Source: Gordius albopunctatus (Eukaryota). From it: a stretch of DNA of 64,000 nt. The notes under the pieces were generated by a model. That model searched no databases. It saw only the letters and a program-made list of their open reading frames with translations, and was not told the DNA's origin. Position 1 is the first letter of the stretch. Every line of letters begins with the position of its first letter. The translations under genes and the position numbers were made by a program. Where the stretch lies: positions 7,130,001 to 7,194,000 of the forward strand of contig OZ193909.1 of NCBI GenBank assembly GCA_964276515.1, in the 5' to 3' direction. Below are positions 13,861-27,978 of the stretch, one piece after another.

Positions 13861-14794
13861 ATGGACATAAATGAGGATGAAAAGATTTTTACAATTAAAA
13901 AATGGAATGGGGTTGCAATGTGGAGTTGGGATGTTCAAAGTGACGTGTGTCCCATATGTCGCTGCAATCTAATGGGTACCCATCGATATAAGCTAAAAAT
14001 ATGTTTTCACAAATTTGTCAGTATATAGTCAAATTTCATAAATTAAAATAGATCAAAACTAATTTTGATACTCATTTACAGAAGCCTGTTTAAAATGTCA
14101 AGCAGAGAACAAGCAGGATGAATGTGTTTGTAAGTATATAAAAACTTTTTAGGGATTTTAAATTATTAATTGCAATATTAAATCCTATATTTAATCTAAA
14201 ATTAAAAATCAATTTTCCTAGTTATGTACTTTTAACTGATGAAAATCTATTTTTATATAATTTTAGGCATTTTTTATAAGTTAATATAGAGACAAGTTTG
14301 TGACATTCCTTAACTTTTGGAGAATAATAATATGTAATGTCATGATTTTAATTATTAAGTACAAAAGTAAATAATAAAACTTTATAGCAATTAATATATT
14401 GCTAGCAGAATTTAAGGTTAAGAATTTGCATCAAAAAAGTTTTCAAAAATGCACTCATCCAAACTGCTCATAGATGTTTTACATTTGCAGAATTTTGAAA
14501 AGATATTTAATTTTAACTGTATTATTTATCTCTTTATCTAACAAGTACCTTATTCCTAATGATTTTTAAAGTTTTAAACTTTTTTTCGTATACAATCAAA
14601 AATAATTATTTATAAGAAGCATAATTGCAATTTGAAAAGAACTATTATAATAACTGATTTTTCATTGTGTTATAGGTGTGTGGGGAGAGTGTAATCACTC
14701 CTTCCACAATTGTTGTATGGCTAATTGGGTTAAAGAAACCAACAGATGCCCCTTGTGCCAACAAGAATGGTCTGTGCAACAGATTGGAAAGTGA
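13861..14794 (+). CDS. RNF7: RING-box protein 2 (SAG/ROC2), cullin-RING E3 subunit; exons 13861-13975, 14082-14129, 14676-14794
   Basis: GT-AG splicing gives MDINEDEKIFTIKKWNGVAMWSWDVQSDVCPICRCNLMEACLKCQAENKQDECVCVWGECNHSFHNCCMANWVKETNRCPLCQQEWSVQQIGK*. An in-frame upstream ATG exists at 13828. Confidence 0.95.
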
Positions 14795-15312
14795 AACTCT
14801 ACTTTAATACATTTTTATTGACAACCAAACAAATTACCATAAAGACTCAGAACAGAGAATTAATAAAATGAATGCTGATGTAGGGTAATAGCTAAAGTGA
14901 TGACACACATTGAATTAAAATCTATAATATGTTATGTACAATAAAAGAGTGATAATAAGGTGTGGGACAGTCACGCAAAGATAAATTATGTTCCAAGTAA
15001 AAAACTAAGAATCTCGTAAATAAGTAATATTTTTCTAGAGACAAGGATTGTGGGTGAGATTAAATTAAGTGACGAACGCATATATAATTAAAGACTAAAT
15101 TGCATAGTGGATGGCAACATGGGTATTATAAAAACTTCTCACTAACTTTTGATGTTTGCCCAACAAAATCCGAATTTCTCATTCGATTCTGCAAACTAAT
15201 CTAAAAATTAATGGGAACTTTTATAAAATATAAAGAGGAGGTGTACAACTACTTAATATGAGAATGTTGTCGAATAAATAATATAGATGATGCGTGTTAT
15301 GTTCAAAATATT

Positions 15313-18300
15313 TTAATGCCGTTCCTGATGATCTTGCAGAATTCCGTGCACACGGAATCTGTACAGACATGTGTATTCAGGATTACCCCAATTGCTTTCG
15401 ATCTTTAGTTCCACATACCTCACGTAGCCAGGGTCCGGTTTCTGCAATTATTTTAAATATATTTTTTGTTGAATAAGCCTTAAAACCCAACAAATTAGCA
15501 GCACAAATATTAAATTAAATGTCCAGGCTCAGCTAGTGTTATATAAAAGGAAATCGGTCTTAAATATTAGAAATACTGGCAATTTATAAAACGGTGTTAA
15601 ACCTGGGTGATAAAAAGCTGCAAAGGTTTGCCATCCTTGTCGAATCGGTAACGGCCCAACATGGTTCCACTCACGTCATTTTCATCTTGCAACGCCTTAG
15701 TTATGTGACAATAGTATGTTAAATGACAAGTTGGCTTTCAAATAATTTAAATGTTTCATAAAAAATTAAAGGAATTTTCAGATGTAAAAACTTACCCAAA
15801 CAGAAAAATCTTTGGCTGCGCTATCAATGGTACCCGAAGGAGAGAGGGTTTTAGGAATGTGATCAATACTAAAAGCTGTAGGCTTTATAGTGGCTGCCAA
15901 CTTGATTACCAAATAACCCACGGGTCCTTTAAAAGCCCAACACTGACCGGGTTGAGTTCCAGGCTAAATAAATATGTTTAAAATAATCAATTATTAACTT
16001 GAAATCTTATTCCAAATTTCAATACAACTAAACAACATTGGAAATATATAAGCTTCGAATAAAATAACTAAAAATATACTATTTCCCTGTTTTCAATAAC
16101 AAATCATTCATTGCGAATTTAAACAGTAAATTAACCTGAATGGCTATGCGGGGTGAATTGGCCTTGTACCAGAGGGGGATGCCCCAAAGCTTGATGAGAG
16201 CGGCGTGGGCATCGTAGGTTTCGGAGCAACGCGTATTAACAACGGTTCCACCACCAGACTCTAACGCGTAATCCGGCATCCCCGTTTGGTCGGCCGAGTA
16301 TAGGTCCAACATTTCTTCGATTATTTTTCTTACTCTCTACGACAAAATGGCCAAGATATATGGGTACAAACGGCTATTATTTAACAAGCTGATAGTAAGG
16401 ATGTTTTATAAAAAACAAAACATTTTTATTCACAACTTGGTACTAGGAGGTTGAATTTGAATATAGATGATATAATTAATTCTTACAAAGTGCAATTTTT
16501 AAGCTGATAGGGGAGTTTAGTTCATATTTAAAAAGATGATTTCCTGCACTATACATATAATTTATTATTTATCAAAACGATATAACTTTTTACTATGAGA
16601 GATCATTTTCACACTAAGGTGGTCAGCTTCTTTAGATATTCGGATGAGGGATGATTCTCGGCTATCCAGGCCTGACAGCCGTGGTGACGAAGTGATTGGA
16701 TATAAAGATAGACTGCTCATTGAGCATGCATACATACGAAAAATTTGAAGACAAAAAAGGTAGCCATCTCGAAATAATTAACAACCGTAACAGGTAAATT
16801 TTTTAGATGCTATATATAATTATATTTTATATTCATAGGAAAACAAACAAACAAGGGCTACAATGACAGGGCAGCTATAAATAAATATTAGTTCAAGATG
16901 GCGGTCAAAATTGGCATCACTTTTTTAAAGAGAATGAGCAGTCTATTTAGTCTATGGTTAAATGACACTAGCTAAGAGGATCATAAAAAGAATTTACATG
17001 TTCTTCTAAGCAGGACCCCTTCCCTCCTCCACTCGCACCATCGCCTGAAGAGGACGAGGATTGAAAAGGAATTTTTTCCTTGATTTCTTGTACCAAAAAG
17101 TGTTTCAAATCGTTTAAATCTTTTCCCATCTAAAGCAAAAGATGAATTTTATCGTTTATATAAGGTTATTAAGCCAAAATAACTAAGATCGCGTGTATTC
17201 ATCCCCACCTTAGTAATGTTGATGTGAAGAGCGCTCTTAAGTTCATCCATTTTTGAATGGCTGGCAAAGTGTTGCTGGAGAAGGCCGTAGAATTTATCTT
17301 TAGTTTGGGCATCCATGTCGCTCACCTTTAACTTTTAATTATAATAAACACTTGAAGCAATCTTTAATTAATATATATCGCTAAAGATTCTTGTAATCGA
17401 TAATAACACAAAAAACGTAAGAGGGATTATTAACACCGTATAAAAATAAATTTTGACTTGCCAGTGTTAAAGAAGAAATTAAGTTTTTCGTATAAATGAT
17501 GAATTTTATTGAACGAAAAACGAGGGTGTAATCGCAACATAAAACTAGCTCAAATTTAGAATTTAAACAACAGCACTTATTGGAGGTTCAGATATATGAT
17601 TGTAAAATAGCAGCATATATCCTTAGCCCTAAAATTATAAAATTTCATTTTAATATTTAATCCAAGAATGAATCAATTACACTGGTCTACAAAAAAAATC
17701 AACCGGGAAACGGTCAACATATTCTTATAGTTTTTTGTGACGAACACAAAAATGTTTTTCGTTTTTTTCCTATACGTCAAATTTTTGAAATATTTCGATT
17801 CAAAATTGCGAAAATGAGAGTTTTTGACGCTCTATAGGGCGAAATTAAATAGCTAAAATAAAATTTTAAACCTCTAAGTGGTAGAACCAACTCAGGGTAA
17901 AACATTGAAAAAGTATTTTTTCCCTATTGTTTTTACTTTTTCCAATATATCGAATATTCAATTAGTCCCTATGCAAAGCGGCATCCTTTGAGCCTCCCTC
18001 CTTCCCTCTCTATCTAATTGGGTTTATAACACTATACTCTTGGTGCATGTGAGTGATTGATGGATGATGTGGGGGTGTGGGTGTGTAAGAATAGTGGCGT
18101 AATACGAGCTATTCCTCTAGTAGAGGGGGGGGGGGATGACAGGCGTAGCAGTAGGAATAGTTCGTATTAACCCACTACTCTTGCACCCACCACACTAATC
18201 AATCACTTACATGCACTAAGGGTATAAGCATATAAGCCAATTAGATAGAGAGGGAGGGAGGCTCAAATTTTTCAATGTTTTACCCTAAGATGGTTCTACC

Positions 18301-21300
18301 ACTTAGAGGTTAAAAATTTTTTAGCTATTAAATATCGCCCTATTGAGCGTCGAAAAGGTTAAAAGACGGTCATTTTTGCAACTTTGAATCGAAAAATCTA
18401 AAAAACTTGACGTATAGGAAAACAACGAAAAACATATTTGTGCTCACCACAAAAAACTCTATCAGAATATTTTAACCGTTTCCCGGTTGATTACACAAGA
18501 CCTTTATTTGTCAACTAGTGTTATCATAAAAGGGAATAGAGATGTTTTGAGAAAAAGCCTTAATCTTTATGGGAATCCACATGATTGCTTCAAACTTAAA
18601 TGTCTAGCCATGCACAACTAAGAGGATCGATAACTTTTAGACCGACCTTTAAAAGGAGTTTGGCGATATCCGATTCCTCTAAGGTGCCGTCATTGTTATA
18701 AACCACATCCCGTTTGCAGCATTCCTTCGCAAACTGCGACAATTTTTCCGTATCAAGTCTAGATTTTTCGATCGCTTTATGAATAGCCTCAACTTGGACG
18801 TTGAGAGTGTCGGTGCGGGTTAAGAGAGTTTGCAACGATTTATCGCTCATTTTGGCTGTCTCGAGTTCTCTCTCCTGAACCTGGGGAATCATAATTAAAA
18901 AATCACCCTAAACTAGAGAACTGCACGGGTGACCCGAGACCCGACCTCGGGTAAAAAATTTGAAAATAATTTCGGGTCGGGTCCTGGTAGAAAATTTGAA
19001 AACGCCTTCGGGTCGGGTCAAATTTATAGTCGGGTAAGGTTTATACATTGTAAAAAACACACGAGACCTATTTTTTTAATTAATGTTAATTGCTAAGCAA
19101 AGAGTGTTTTTAAATATCTAAATGTACAAATTATTTGGATCATTCATTCATTTAATTCTCTTCCTCTTTTTTTTAAATTTAAACTCCGAACTTTGAAGTG
19201 CTAGCTAGCTAATTCTCATGACTAATTCAAACTACATAAATTACTCCTGTTTTTAATTTGACTATTGAAAGGTAAATTATTTTAATAAAGTTATATTTTA
19301 AATTTTTATCGTGAAGTTTTAGCTAATCCTCATCGTTAATTTAAATTACATTTAATACATATTCAAAAGCCAACCTAAAAGTAAGTTATAATTTTATATA
19401 TGTTTCATTTGCAAACTAACCCTAAGACAATATATCTAAAGCATAAAATTAATATTATAATAATAACAATAAATGGATGTTAAATAGTTGTCTCAAGTCT
19501 ATAACATATGAGCAGTTTACATGATATTAGGAAACTAAATATAGATAAAAACAGCAGAGGAACTGGAGGAGGTAAGAATTAAAATAGCAGTTTTATAATA
19601 ATACAATCTTTATGGAAAAGGTTTTTGAGGTAACATCTAGAATAAGCACCTTAGGTGATTAAAAAACTTCTGAAAATATTTATATTTTTTATCAGTTAAA
19701 TAGATTAATAGATATTGAAAGATCTAAGTTTTTAATAGTTATTGAGGAATCTAAGTAAAATGATGAGAAAACTACATATTGTTTTGAAAATCTCTTTTGT
19801 CAGATACCAAATCCCTTGATATTTTGGAGGAGAGAAGGGTGAGGCTGCGAATTGATATTGTACATATATTTATACATCATTATAGTAAATCATTTAAATA
19901 AATTCATTAGATAAAATCTGTGGTTACAGTTTGTTTCATTAATAGCACTTTTATTTGTCGATTTAATTTTACACCGCAATTTTCGCGCTAGAAAGTAATT
20001 TGTTTTAATAATTTTTCGGGTCGGGTTCGGGTTGAAGTTTTTAAAATGCTTTCGGGTAGAAAATTTGAAAATGATTTAGGATCGGGTCGGGTTGAAAAAA
20101 AGTGACTTTGCAGTTCTCTACCCTAAACCCCATTAAAATATCAGTAATAATAAATGTAATCATGAGGTTTCCCATAAATCTTAATGCCCGTAAGTAACGT
20201 CGTAAAAAGTATAAGGATTTTTTAACAATAATGATTGTTTAAAAAGCAGTGTTGATACTAAATCATTTCCATGATGAGGAAAGTCTGGCGAAAAAAGAAA
20301 GACCATGGAAGGCTCCTAATAGTTTAACAACACAATTACCAGAAATCTAGGGTCTACATATAAATTAAAAAACTTCTCAAATCAAGTTTTAGAAATAGCA
20401 AGGGTTCTCAAATAATATTGTTTCTTAACGATATAATACAAAACACATAACGATACACACAACGCTGTTAAAACCCCGAAATAAAATCACATTTTGGCAT
20501 GGCATACATACCTCGGTTTTGGCGTTCAAGGCGTCGTATTTGCGCTGCAGCCCGTTCAGTAACGTAGTAAGTTGCACTAGTTCCCCCTTCAAAAGAGCCA
20601 ACGAAGAAGAACTTTGGCTATCAGTTCCACCAGGGGGAGAACTTATTAATTTAGCGTTAACGGTGTTTAGTTTATCCTTAAGTTCCGTAATGTCTTTGCC
20701 AACCACATTTTCTATCAATAACTTGAGGTCTTGGGGGCTATCTTTGATACTCTTCCACCAATCGGGATCGTAAGGTTTCTCATTGTCTTTAATAATTTCC
20801 AAATACGAAATTCTACTTTTCAGCGCGTCGTAATCCGCCTGAGTAGTGTATTATAAAGTATGAGTATGCTTTTCATAAGGTCTTAGACCTTAACCTTGAA
20901 CAAGCCCTATATTTGGCGACTTTAAAAACCAATAGAGACTACAAAACTGTCATATATCATATTAAATTCAAACCGAAACATAAAGACGGATTGCACGCAG
21001 ATTGATAGAATTACAAGAGAAAGAGAAATACACCTTGAGAGCACCGTAGGCAGATTTAAAGGCGTTTAACAGGGGAATGTGCGACGAATTTTCGAACTTC
21101 TCTCCAGATTGATCTTTGTCCTGACTAAAGAGGTGTTTAGCTTCCTCTAACACCATCCTAATGTCCGAGTCCGGGCTCCACTTCCCTCCTGCCCCACGAA
21201 ACGAGGTTAAGTTAGCCAGCCAACTCGTGAGGGCGTGCAATTTGGTGGCCGTCATATTTTTAACGTCGGGCACCTTATCCAAGACCTTCTCCTAAGTTTA

Positions 21301-23198
21301 GAGATGATATAAAAGGAAATAATTATTGAATGATAAAACACGATGAAAAACACTTAAAATAAAAAAACTTTAAAAATAGTACAATAAACGTGAAAACAAG
21401 CATTATTTTATACAAGGGAAAATAAATCTATAATTTGATATCATTTTAAACATAAAATTATACCATAATATAAATAAATTCTTATAATAAACTTATTAAA
21501 CAAGAGTCATACTATTGATCATTCTAATGTATTGGCAAGAAAATGATTAAAAAGCCAAATAAAAAACAAAATAAACAAATCTAACATAACTTCGTACAAA
21601 AAACTAGAACGTTATTATGTTTAGGATAATATAAAAATACATTCAGGGCGTTGAAGCGAGTTTTTAAAGGCTGGTAATAGTCGTTTATCCTTTGATTGTG
21701 CATCATGTAATCATCCACGGGTCCACGTTTAAGGTACAATCCTGATTAAAAAAAACATGCAAAGTAAGGCAAAACATAGAAAAGAGTCTAATATCTTTTC
21801 AAAAATATATATAAGAATACCCATCAAAAGGGGGAGAAGTAGTAGTAACAAGCAGGGTAAACTACACAATGGAAATAATGAATGTTGTTGACCATGCCTG
21901 GACATATGAATACAACATTTTAGAAATATATAATGCGTTTATGCTGAAAAATATTTTCTAATAAAATAAATACCTTCTTGCATAAGTGTTCTGAGGATGG
22001 CCCCTTGTTTGACTATCATAAGTATCACCCTGACTTCTGGTATTATATTCTCTATGTTGCCTAGAGCCAAAAATGTTTTGCAATGTATCCAAAACTTTAT
22101 GACCAGTTTGGTGAATCAAATTAGAAGCTCCATTCTTCAAATGTGATGCTTTTGAATGAAAAAAATGACTCAGCCCAACATTAGTCTCATTTTCCTGTTG
22201 TCTATGGGTACCTCTATCAAAATGCTGATGCCTAGGATGTGTACTATCATTGCTACTAATCTCATCTACATCATGCAAAGATGCTGTTAAATAAGATAAA
22301 ATTATTGTTATGTATGCTTTGAATATATAAACTTACACTTATTTACGCGAGCAGATCTTCTAGTCCCTCTCCCATAATTTTTTCTTGAAGAAATTTCATC
22401 ATCACCTTCAATCTCGTGTTCATTAATAAAATGAGTTGAACCACTAGAATTTCTTGGCAAATAATTTTTTTTGAAGGGATACATACGATGTACAAGTTGG
22501 TAGACTTTAAAAACAGCAGATAAAAGGGCATCTAATTTAAAGAATCAATCATTATCAACGTATAAAATTTACTTTTGAACAAATATATTTTGATTAAAGT
22601 AATTTGTATAATTGATCTTATAAATGCCACCAAGTAATTTATAAATAAATAAAAATAATTGGGTTGAGATCTAGCATGTTGTAGGTTTGGATTGACATTG
22701 CCTTCTTCATCAGAAAAGTCAAGTCCTATAAAATTTAATACAGAAATTTAAAAATTACCATATAAATTAGATATATTTCTAGATTTGGACTGATTACCAC
22801 CCAACAACTTAGATCTTGATTGATTTTCTTGATTGTAGTGCTTTGGTGTCCCATAAAAAGAAGATCTCATAATTAAGTTTTGTTCTTTAAGGTATACTCT
22901 TCTACCAAGAAATAAAATAATAAATGGTAGTACATTCATAATAATATTTAATTATGTAGGCGCACTACCTTGTAGAATGTATTGATGTTGGGAGAGATTG
23001 GTCTAAAAAATATTTAAACATAAATCTAACATTAATACCTCCAATTTCGCCTCTTAATGATGTCATCTTTTTACTATGGCCCACTAATTCTTCACCACTT
23101 CTATGCCTTAAATTGTGCCTAGACATTATGGGTATTGAGTAATTTTCTTCATCAAATAGATCAGCTAAGGATTCATGTGAATAACTAGGACTATACAT
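15313..23198 (-). CDS. SUN-domain inner nuclear membrane protein (SUN1/2, UNC-84-like), multi-exon
   Basis: Exons encode YSADQTGMPDYALESGGGTVV...LWGIPLWY, QPGQCWAFKG, FSIDHIPK, ELKIESNWGNPEYTCLYRFRVHG; coiled-coil-like exons at ~18.6-18.9 kb and ~20.5-20.8 kb; hydrophobic exon at ~21.82-21.92 kb; stop 15313-15315; the 5' end is uncertain. Confidence 0.9.
17680..18520. mobile_element. Foldback MITE, Chapaev3/CMC-like, in a SUN intron
   Basis: cactgg...ctagtg termini, TTA on both sides, nearly the whole 840 bp is an imperfect palindrome around a G-run. Confidence 0.75.
18914..20120 (+). mobile_element. Non-autonomous derivative of the hAT at 26413-35414, in a SUN intron
   Basis: TIRs tagagaactgca / tgcagttctcta; perfect TSD ccctaaac; acccga subterminal repeats; internal blocks match 26413-26800 and 34350-35414 inverted. 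Confidence 0.92.
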
Positions 23199-23389
23199 AT
23201 AACTAATAATAATCTGTTAAATAAATCTACCTAATGGAATAAGTGTAATTGGTTTTAGGCGAGGTAAGTCTAAAAAACTAAATATTTATCAATTATAATT
23301 CATTACCTTTTCCAGAGATTATGTATTAAATTTTGTCTTTGTCTAGATTAAAAATATGACAAAATAAATTAGTTAAATACTTTTTCTCA

Positions 23390-25984
23390 GGAGATACCCT
23401 TAAAGGCGACGTAGGAATTTGTTGAACCATAATTTAATAAGCGTATAATCATTATTAGATGCTCAACTGTGAATGTAAATTGATGACAAAGCAGAATTAT
23501 AAACACAATTCGAGCAGGCGTTCCATTTACACAGGGATCTTCACTATCTCCTCTACTATTCATCACGGCAATGGGTCTCATAATTAAAAGATCCACCCTT
23601 CCTTACGACGGTATCCACATGAACGGCATCAAAGTGTCTTCACTGCTATTTGCTGACGATTTATGCATCATGTCTACCTAGACATCGTTGGCCCCTTACC
23701 ACCATCCAATGGTTACAACTACATTTTTACAGCCATAGATAGATACACCCGGTGGCCAATAGCAATACCTATAAAAGATACCTCTGCCGAAACTGTAAGT
23801 AGTACATTTTTAACACATTGGATAGCAAACTTCGGCGTCCCAAGCACGATAACTACCGACAGATGATCGCAGTTTCGTTCAACGCTATTCCGACAATTTT
23901 CCCAACTTCTTGGTTATCATCACATAACTACAACTGCCTATCACCCACAAGCCAATGGGCTGGTCGAACGTTTCCACCGTCAATTAAAGAGTTAGATCAT
24001 GGCAAAAAACAACACTAACAAATGGTCCGAATCACTTCCGTTGATATTACTAGGCATTAGAACGACAATCAAAGAAGACCTAGCCTGTTCTAGTGCTGAA
24101 CTAGTATATGGGACTACCTTACGTCTTCCGGGCGACTTCATACAACATTCGTCACTCGACAGCAATGCTAGCGAGTTTGTACAACGCCTTAGACAACATT
24201 TCGACAACGTACGTTCTTCACCACCACGTCAGCCTAACACTAAACAACATATCCCTACCGATTTGTTTTCTACACCTTACATTTTTACCAGGACTAATAA
24301 AGTTCGAAAAAGCTTATCCCCACCATATGAAGGCCCTTTCAAAGTTATTGATAGACAAACTAAATACTTTATAGTAGACAGAAACGGGAAACATGATAAC
24401 ATTTCTATCGATCGGTTAAAACCAGCTTATACTGAATCAGTCAACCATAATGAACCACTCTTAAAAGGCCCGCTCCTTCAAACCAAACCTTCCACCTCTA
24501 CGTCCACAACAACCTCAACTAACACTACAACAAATCATACAACAACAAAATCAGGACGAAAAGTGCATTGGCCAGTTAAATTAGTTGAATACTTATATTT
24601 TTAGCACTCCTTGCAAACTGGAGGGGGAATTATATGGTTACCTAGGCAATTTGAATAAAGCAACTCGCATCGGTTACCTGGGAAAAAACTTAACCTTTAT
24701 TATTCAAGTATTCATACACCCTAATCATAAAAGTGAATACATTCATGTATTTGAATGTCGACAATTCAACGTTATATTCACACAAATAACCTGGCCAGAG
24801 GTGTATATAAACGCGATATTTGAAAAGTATTTATTCATTTGTTTTGCTTTCTATTATTTGGAAAAAAACAGTTGTTTGTTCTCCTACAATTCTTTGTTTA
24901 ATAAATACTATATTTATTTTACTATATAGGATTTGAGCAGCAACAATCATATCGGATCCAATTTTCAAAACACAGAACTTTGCCGATAGATTCGTCTTAG
25001 AATGCAAGAAAGCCGATTTAATAATTAATCCAAGCAAGTCTAATATGCTATCTATTAATTTCCCCCATAAAATACTACCTTGACTATTAACAACACATTA
25101 ATCCCCTTTTCAGAATCAATAAACTACTTAGGAGTGACCCTTTCTTCAGACACATATTCCCACCAAGATGCCTCTAATAAATTATCTAAAGCACAAAAGA
25201 GATTTTATTTCTGCTATTCCATCTGGAAATCCAACGAACTGGCTCTACCAACCCGCCTTCGTCTATTCAAAACCACCATATTACCTATATTCCCCTATGA
25301 ATGCGAAACATGGTCCCTAAAAGGCTCGACCCTAAAAGATGCTCAAACGAAACTAAATAAAATGCTAAGAATAATTTCTAAAATATTCTACCCTGAGGTA
25401 ATTAGCAATCCAAACCTTTGAATCCTTTGCGAAATCCCTCCCATAAAAACATATTTTTATTACGGAAGTGAAACTTCCTAGCCCACAAGCTTAAAAATCT
25501 AAAATGTCGAGGTTCCTGGATCCACAAAACTTTTTATGAACTCCGCTCTCTTAACCACGAGTGGAATATTATAATCTCCATAATGCAAAACATATCCGCT
25601 TGGAAAACCTTTTCTGCCTCCAATTTCCCTTCAAAGTATCCCCTCCCAACCGCCTCAACTCCCAAATAGTATCTACAGTTTTTTTAGAATGATCTTATCT
25701 ATACCTGAGACCAAGTGCGACGTCCAAACTAGCTAACCATGAAGAGCCACTTTCTTTCGACACTGTCGTATCCAATATTTATTCGCTTGATTGTTCTGCT
25801 TTTACTTTAATTCTTCCTGCTACTAACAACACTGATCTTCGCTTTAAGATACTAACACACTAACTTACTAACAACTGAACACGTAACCTCTGGTTAGCGT
25901 GGCCCGATATCCACCTATGGTGTCAGATAGGACTCAATCTAAGCTCGCCAATTTAGCTATGTTCTTGTTTGTCATCGGGGCTTA
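23390..25984 (+). mobile_element. Degenerate RTE-like LINE related to the one at 9994, split by a gypsy fragment
   Basis: QGSSLSPLLF and LFADDLCI before 23670; resumes after 24945 with NYLGV, TTILPIFPYECETWSLK, LNKMLRII. Confidence 0.85.
23671..24945 (+). mobile_element. Gypsy fragment: integrase (with stops), polypurine tract and complete 3' LTR (24631-24945)
   Basis: [37 protein letters not shown] ggagggggaat; LTR ends agcagcaaca. Confidence 0.9.
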
Positions 25985-26179
25985 TACATACATACATACA
26001 TACATACATACATACATACATACATACATACATACATACATACATACATACATACATACATACATACATACATACATACATACATACATACATACATACA
26101 TACATACATACATACATACATACATACATACATACATACATACATACATACATACATACATACATACATACATACATAC
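25985..26179 (+). repeat. (TACA)n microsatellite, about 48 perfect units, forming a retroposon tail
   Basis: Uninterrupted tacatacataca run directly after the 3' module. Confidence 0.98.
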
Positions 26180-27978
26180 TCCCTCCCTCTCTATCTAATT
26201 GGGTTTATAACACTATACTCTTGGTGCATTTGAGTGATTGATGGATGATGTGGGGGTGTGGGTGTGTAAGAGTAGTGGCGTAATACGAGATATTCCTCTA
26301 GTAGAGGGGGGGGATGACAGGCGTAGTAGTAGGAATAGTTCGTATTAACCCACTACTCTTGCACCCACCACACTCATCAATCACTCACATGCACTAAGGG
26401 TATAGTGTTATATAGAGAACTGCAAAGTCACTTTTTTTCAACCCGAACCCGAAAACATTTTCAAATTTTCTACCCGGACCCGACCCGAAAAAATTTTCAA
26501 ATTTTCTACCCGGACAAGACCCGAAATCATTTTCCCATTTTCTCCCTGAACCCGACCCGAAATCATTTTTATATTTTTTACCCGAACCTGACCTGACCCG
26601 AAAAATTATTAAAGCAAATTACTTTCGAGCGCGAAAATTGCGGTGTAAAATTAAATCGACAAATAAAAGTAATATTAATGAAACAAACTGTAACCACAGA
26701 TTTTGTCTAATGAATTTATTTAAATGATTTACTATAATGATGTATAAATATAATTGCGTCTACAATATCAGGTCGCAACCTCACCCTTCTCTCCTCCAAA
26801 ATTCGACCATCAGTCGAAAACGATCTTTCGCTGGACGAAGATGAAGCAGGAATGGCAAGATATGTGCGAACAATAAACGATAACGTCGGATATGTACAAG
26901 AGTTCATTTTCTACCATTCCAAAACATCACAACTTTCTTCTTCGAAAGTTTATGCCCAATATATGCTTCAAGCTCGTCCTTTTCCGTAATAATTTCTTCC
27001 TCACAACTTTCTTCCCAACCTGAAAAATCTATGAAAGAAGAGGACTCCAAAGGATTTTTAGCTAAAAATTATGCTTTACCATAAAATTATATATTTAATA
27101 CCTCGCTCACTGGATTTTTTTGGTGTTTCACTAGAAACCACCTTCTCTCGGCCAGATTGACAATTACTTATTAACGACCTAATTTCTGCTAATAATTCTT
27201 TAATTTCATCTTCCGTCAACATTTTCATTTGTTTGAACTTAGGGGTTAAGAAGGTCGCAATTGTATAAAAAGAGTCCCGAGGGAACTTCTGGTCTAAAAT
27301 TAGCCTGCACCTAAGAGCTAGCCCTTCAAGCTCAGATGTTTTTCCAAAATTTGTTTAAAAATCCTTCAATTTGTAGTAATAAAGAATCACTTTTTGTAAA
27401 GTGGGGCCGTGTCTGCCTCCATATCTATTATGGCGCATTGGAAAGGGGTTAACAGCTTTATCAACTCTTCAAGCATAGAAGTGTCGATACATTTGATTTT
27501 CTTGCTGTGAAACTCCCCCATGTCCATCAACAGATCTTCAATCTCTTGATAATTATTTAGAACGGATTCTAACATCTTTAGCCGACTATTCCACCAGGTC
27601 TAAACATACCCCTGCACAGAATTTTTCAAACGATTTGCAAGACTAAAATTATATAAGTCTAATTAATAAATATTAATAACATACCCGGACTGTTTCAAAT
27701 ACGTTACTAACACTTTCGTATCGGTCAAGCAATTAAAAACTTCTTTATACTCTTGTTTCAAAACATCTTCGTTGAAGGTATTTCTTAACACAGTGTTAAG
27801 TAGGTGGCTAAAACAATTAAGGCGGTTGTGGGATTTATAAACGCGATTTTTGAAAAGTATTTATTCATTTTGTTTTGCTTTCTATTATTTGGAAATAAAA
27901 TAGTTGTTTGTTCTCCTACATTTCTTTGTTTAATAAATACTATATTTATTTTACTATATAGGACTAAAGCAGCAACAA

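Noticed and set aside
25899..26241. HTYI / MYVC repeat ORFs
   Set aside because: Translation artefacts of the (TACA)n microsatellite.
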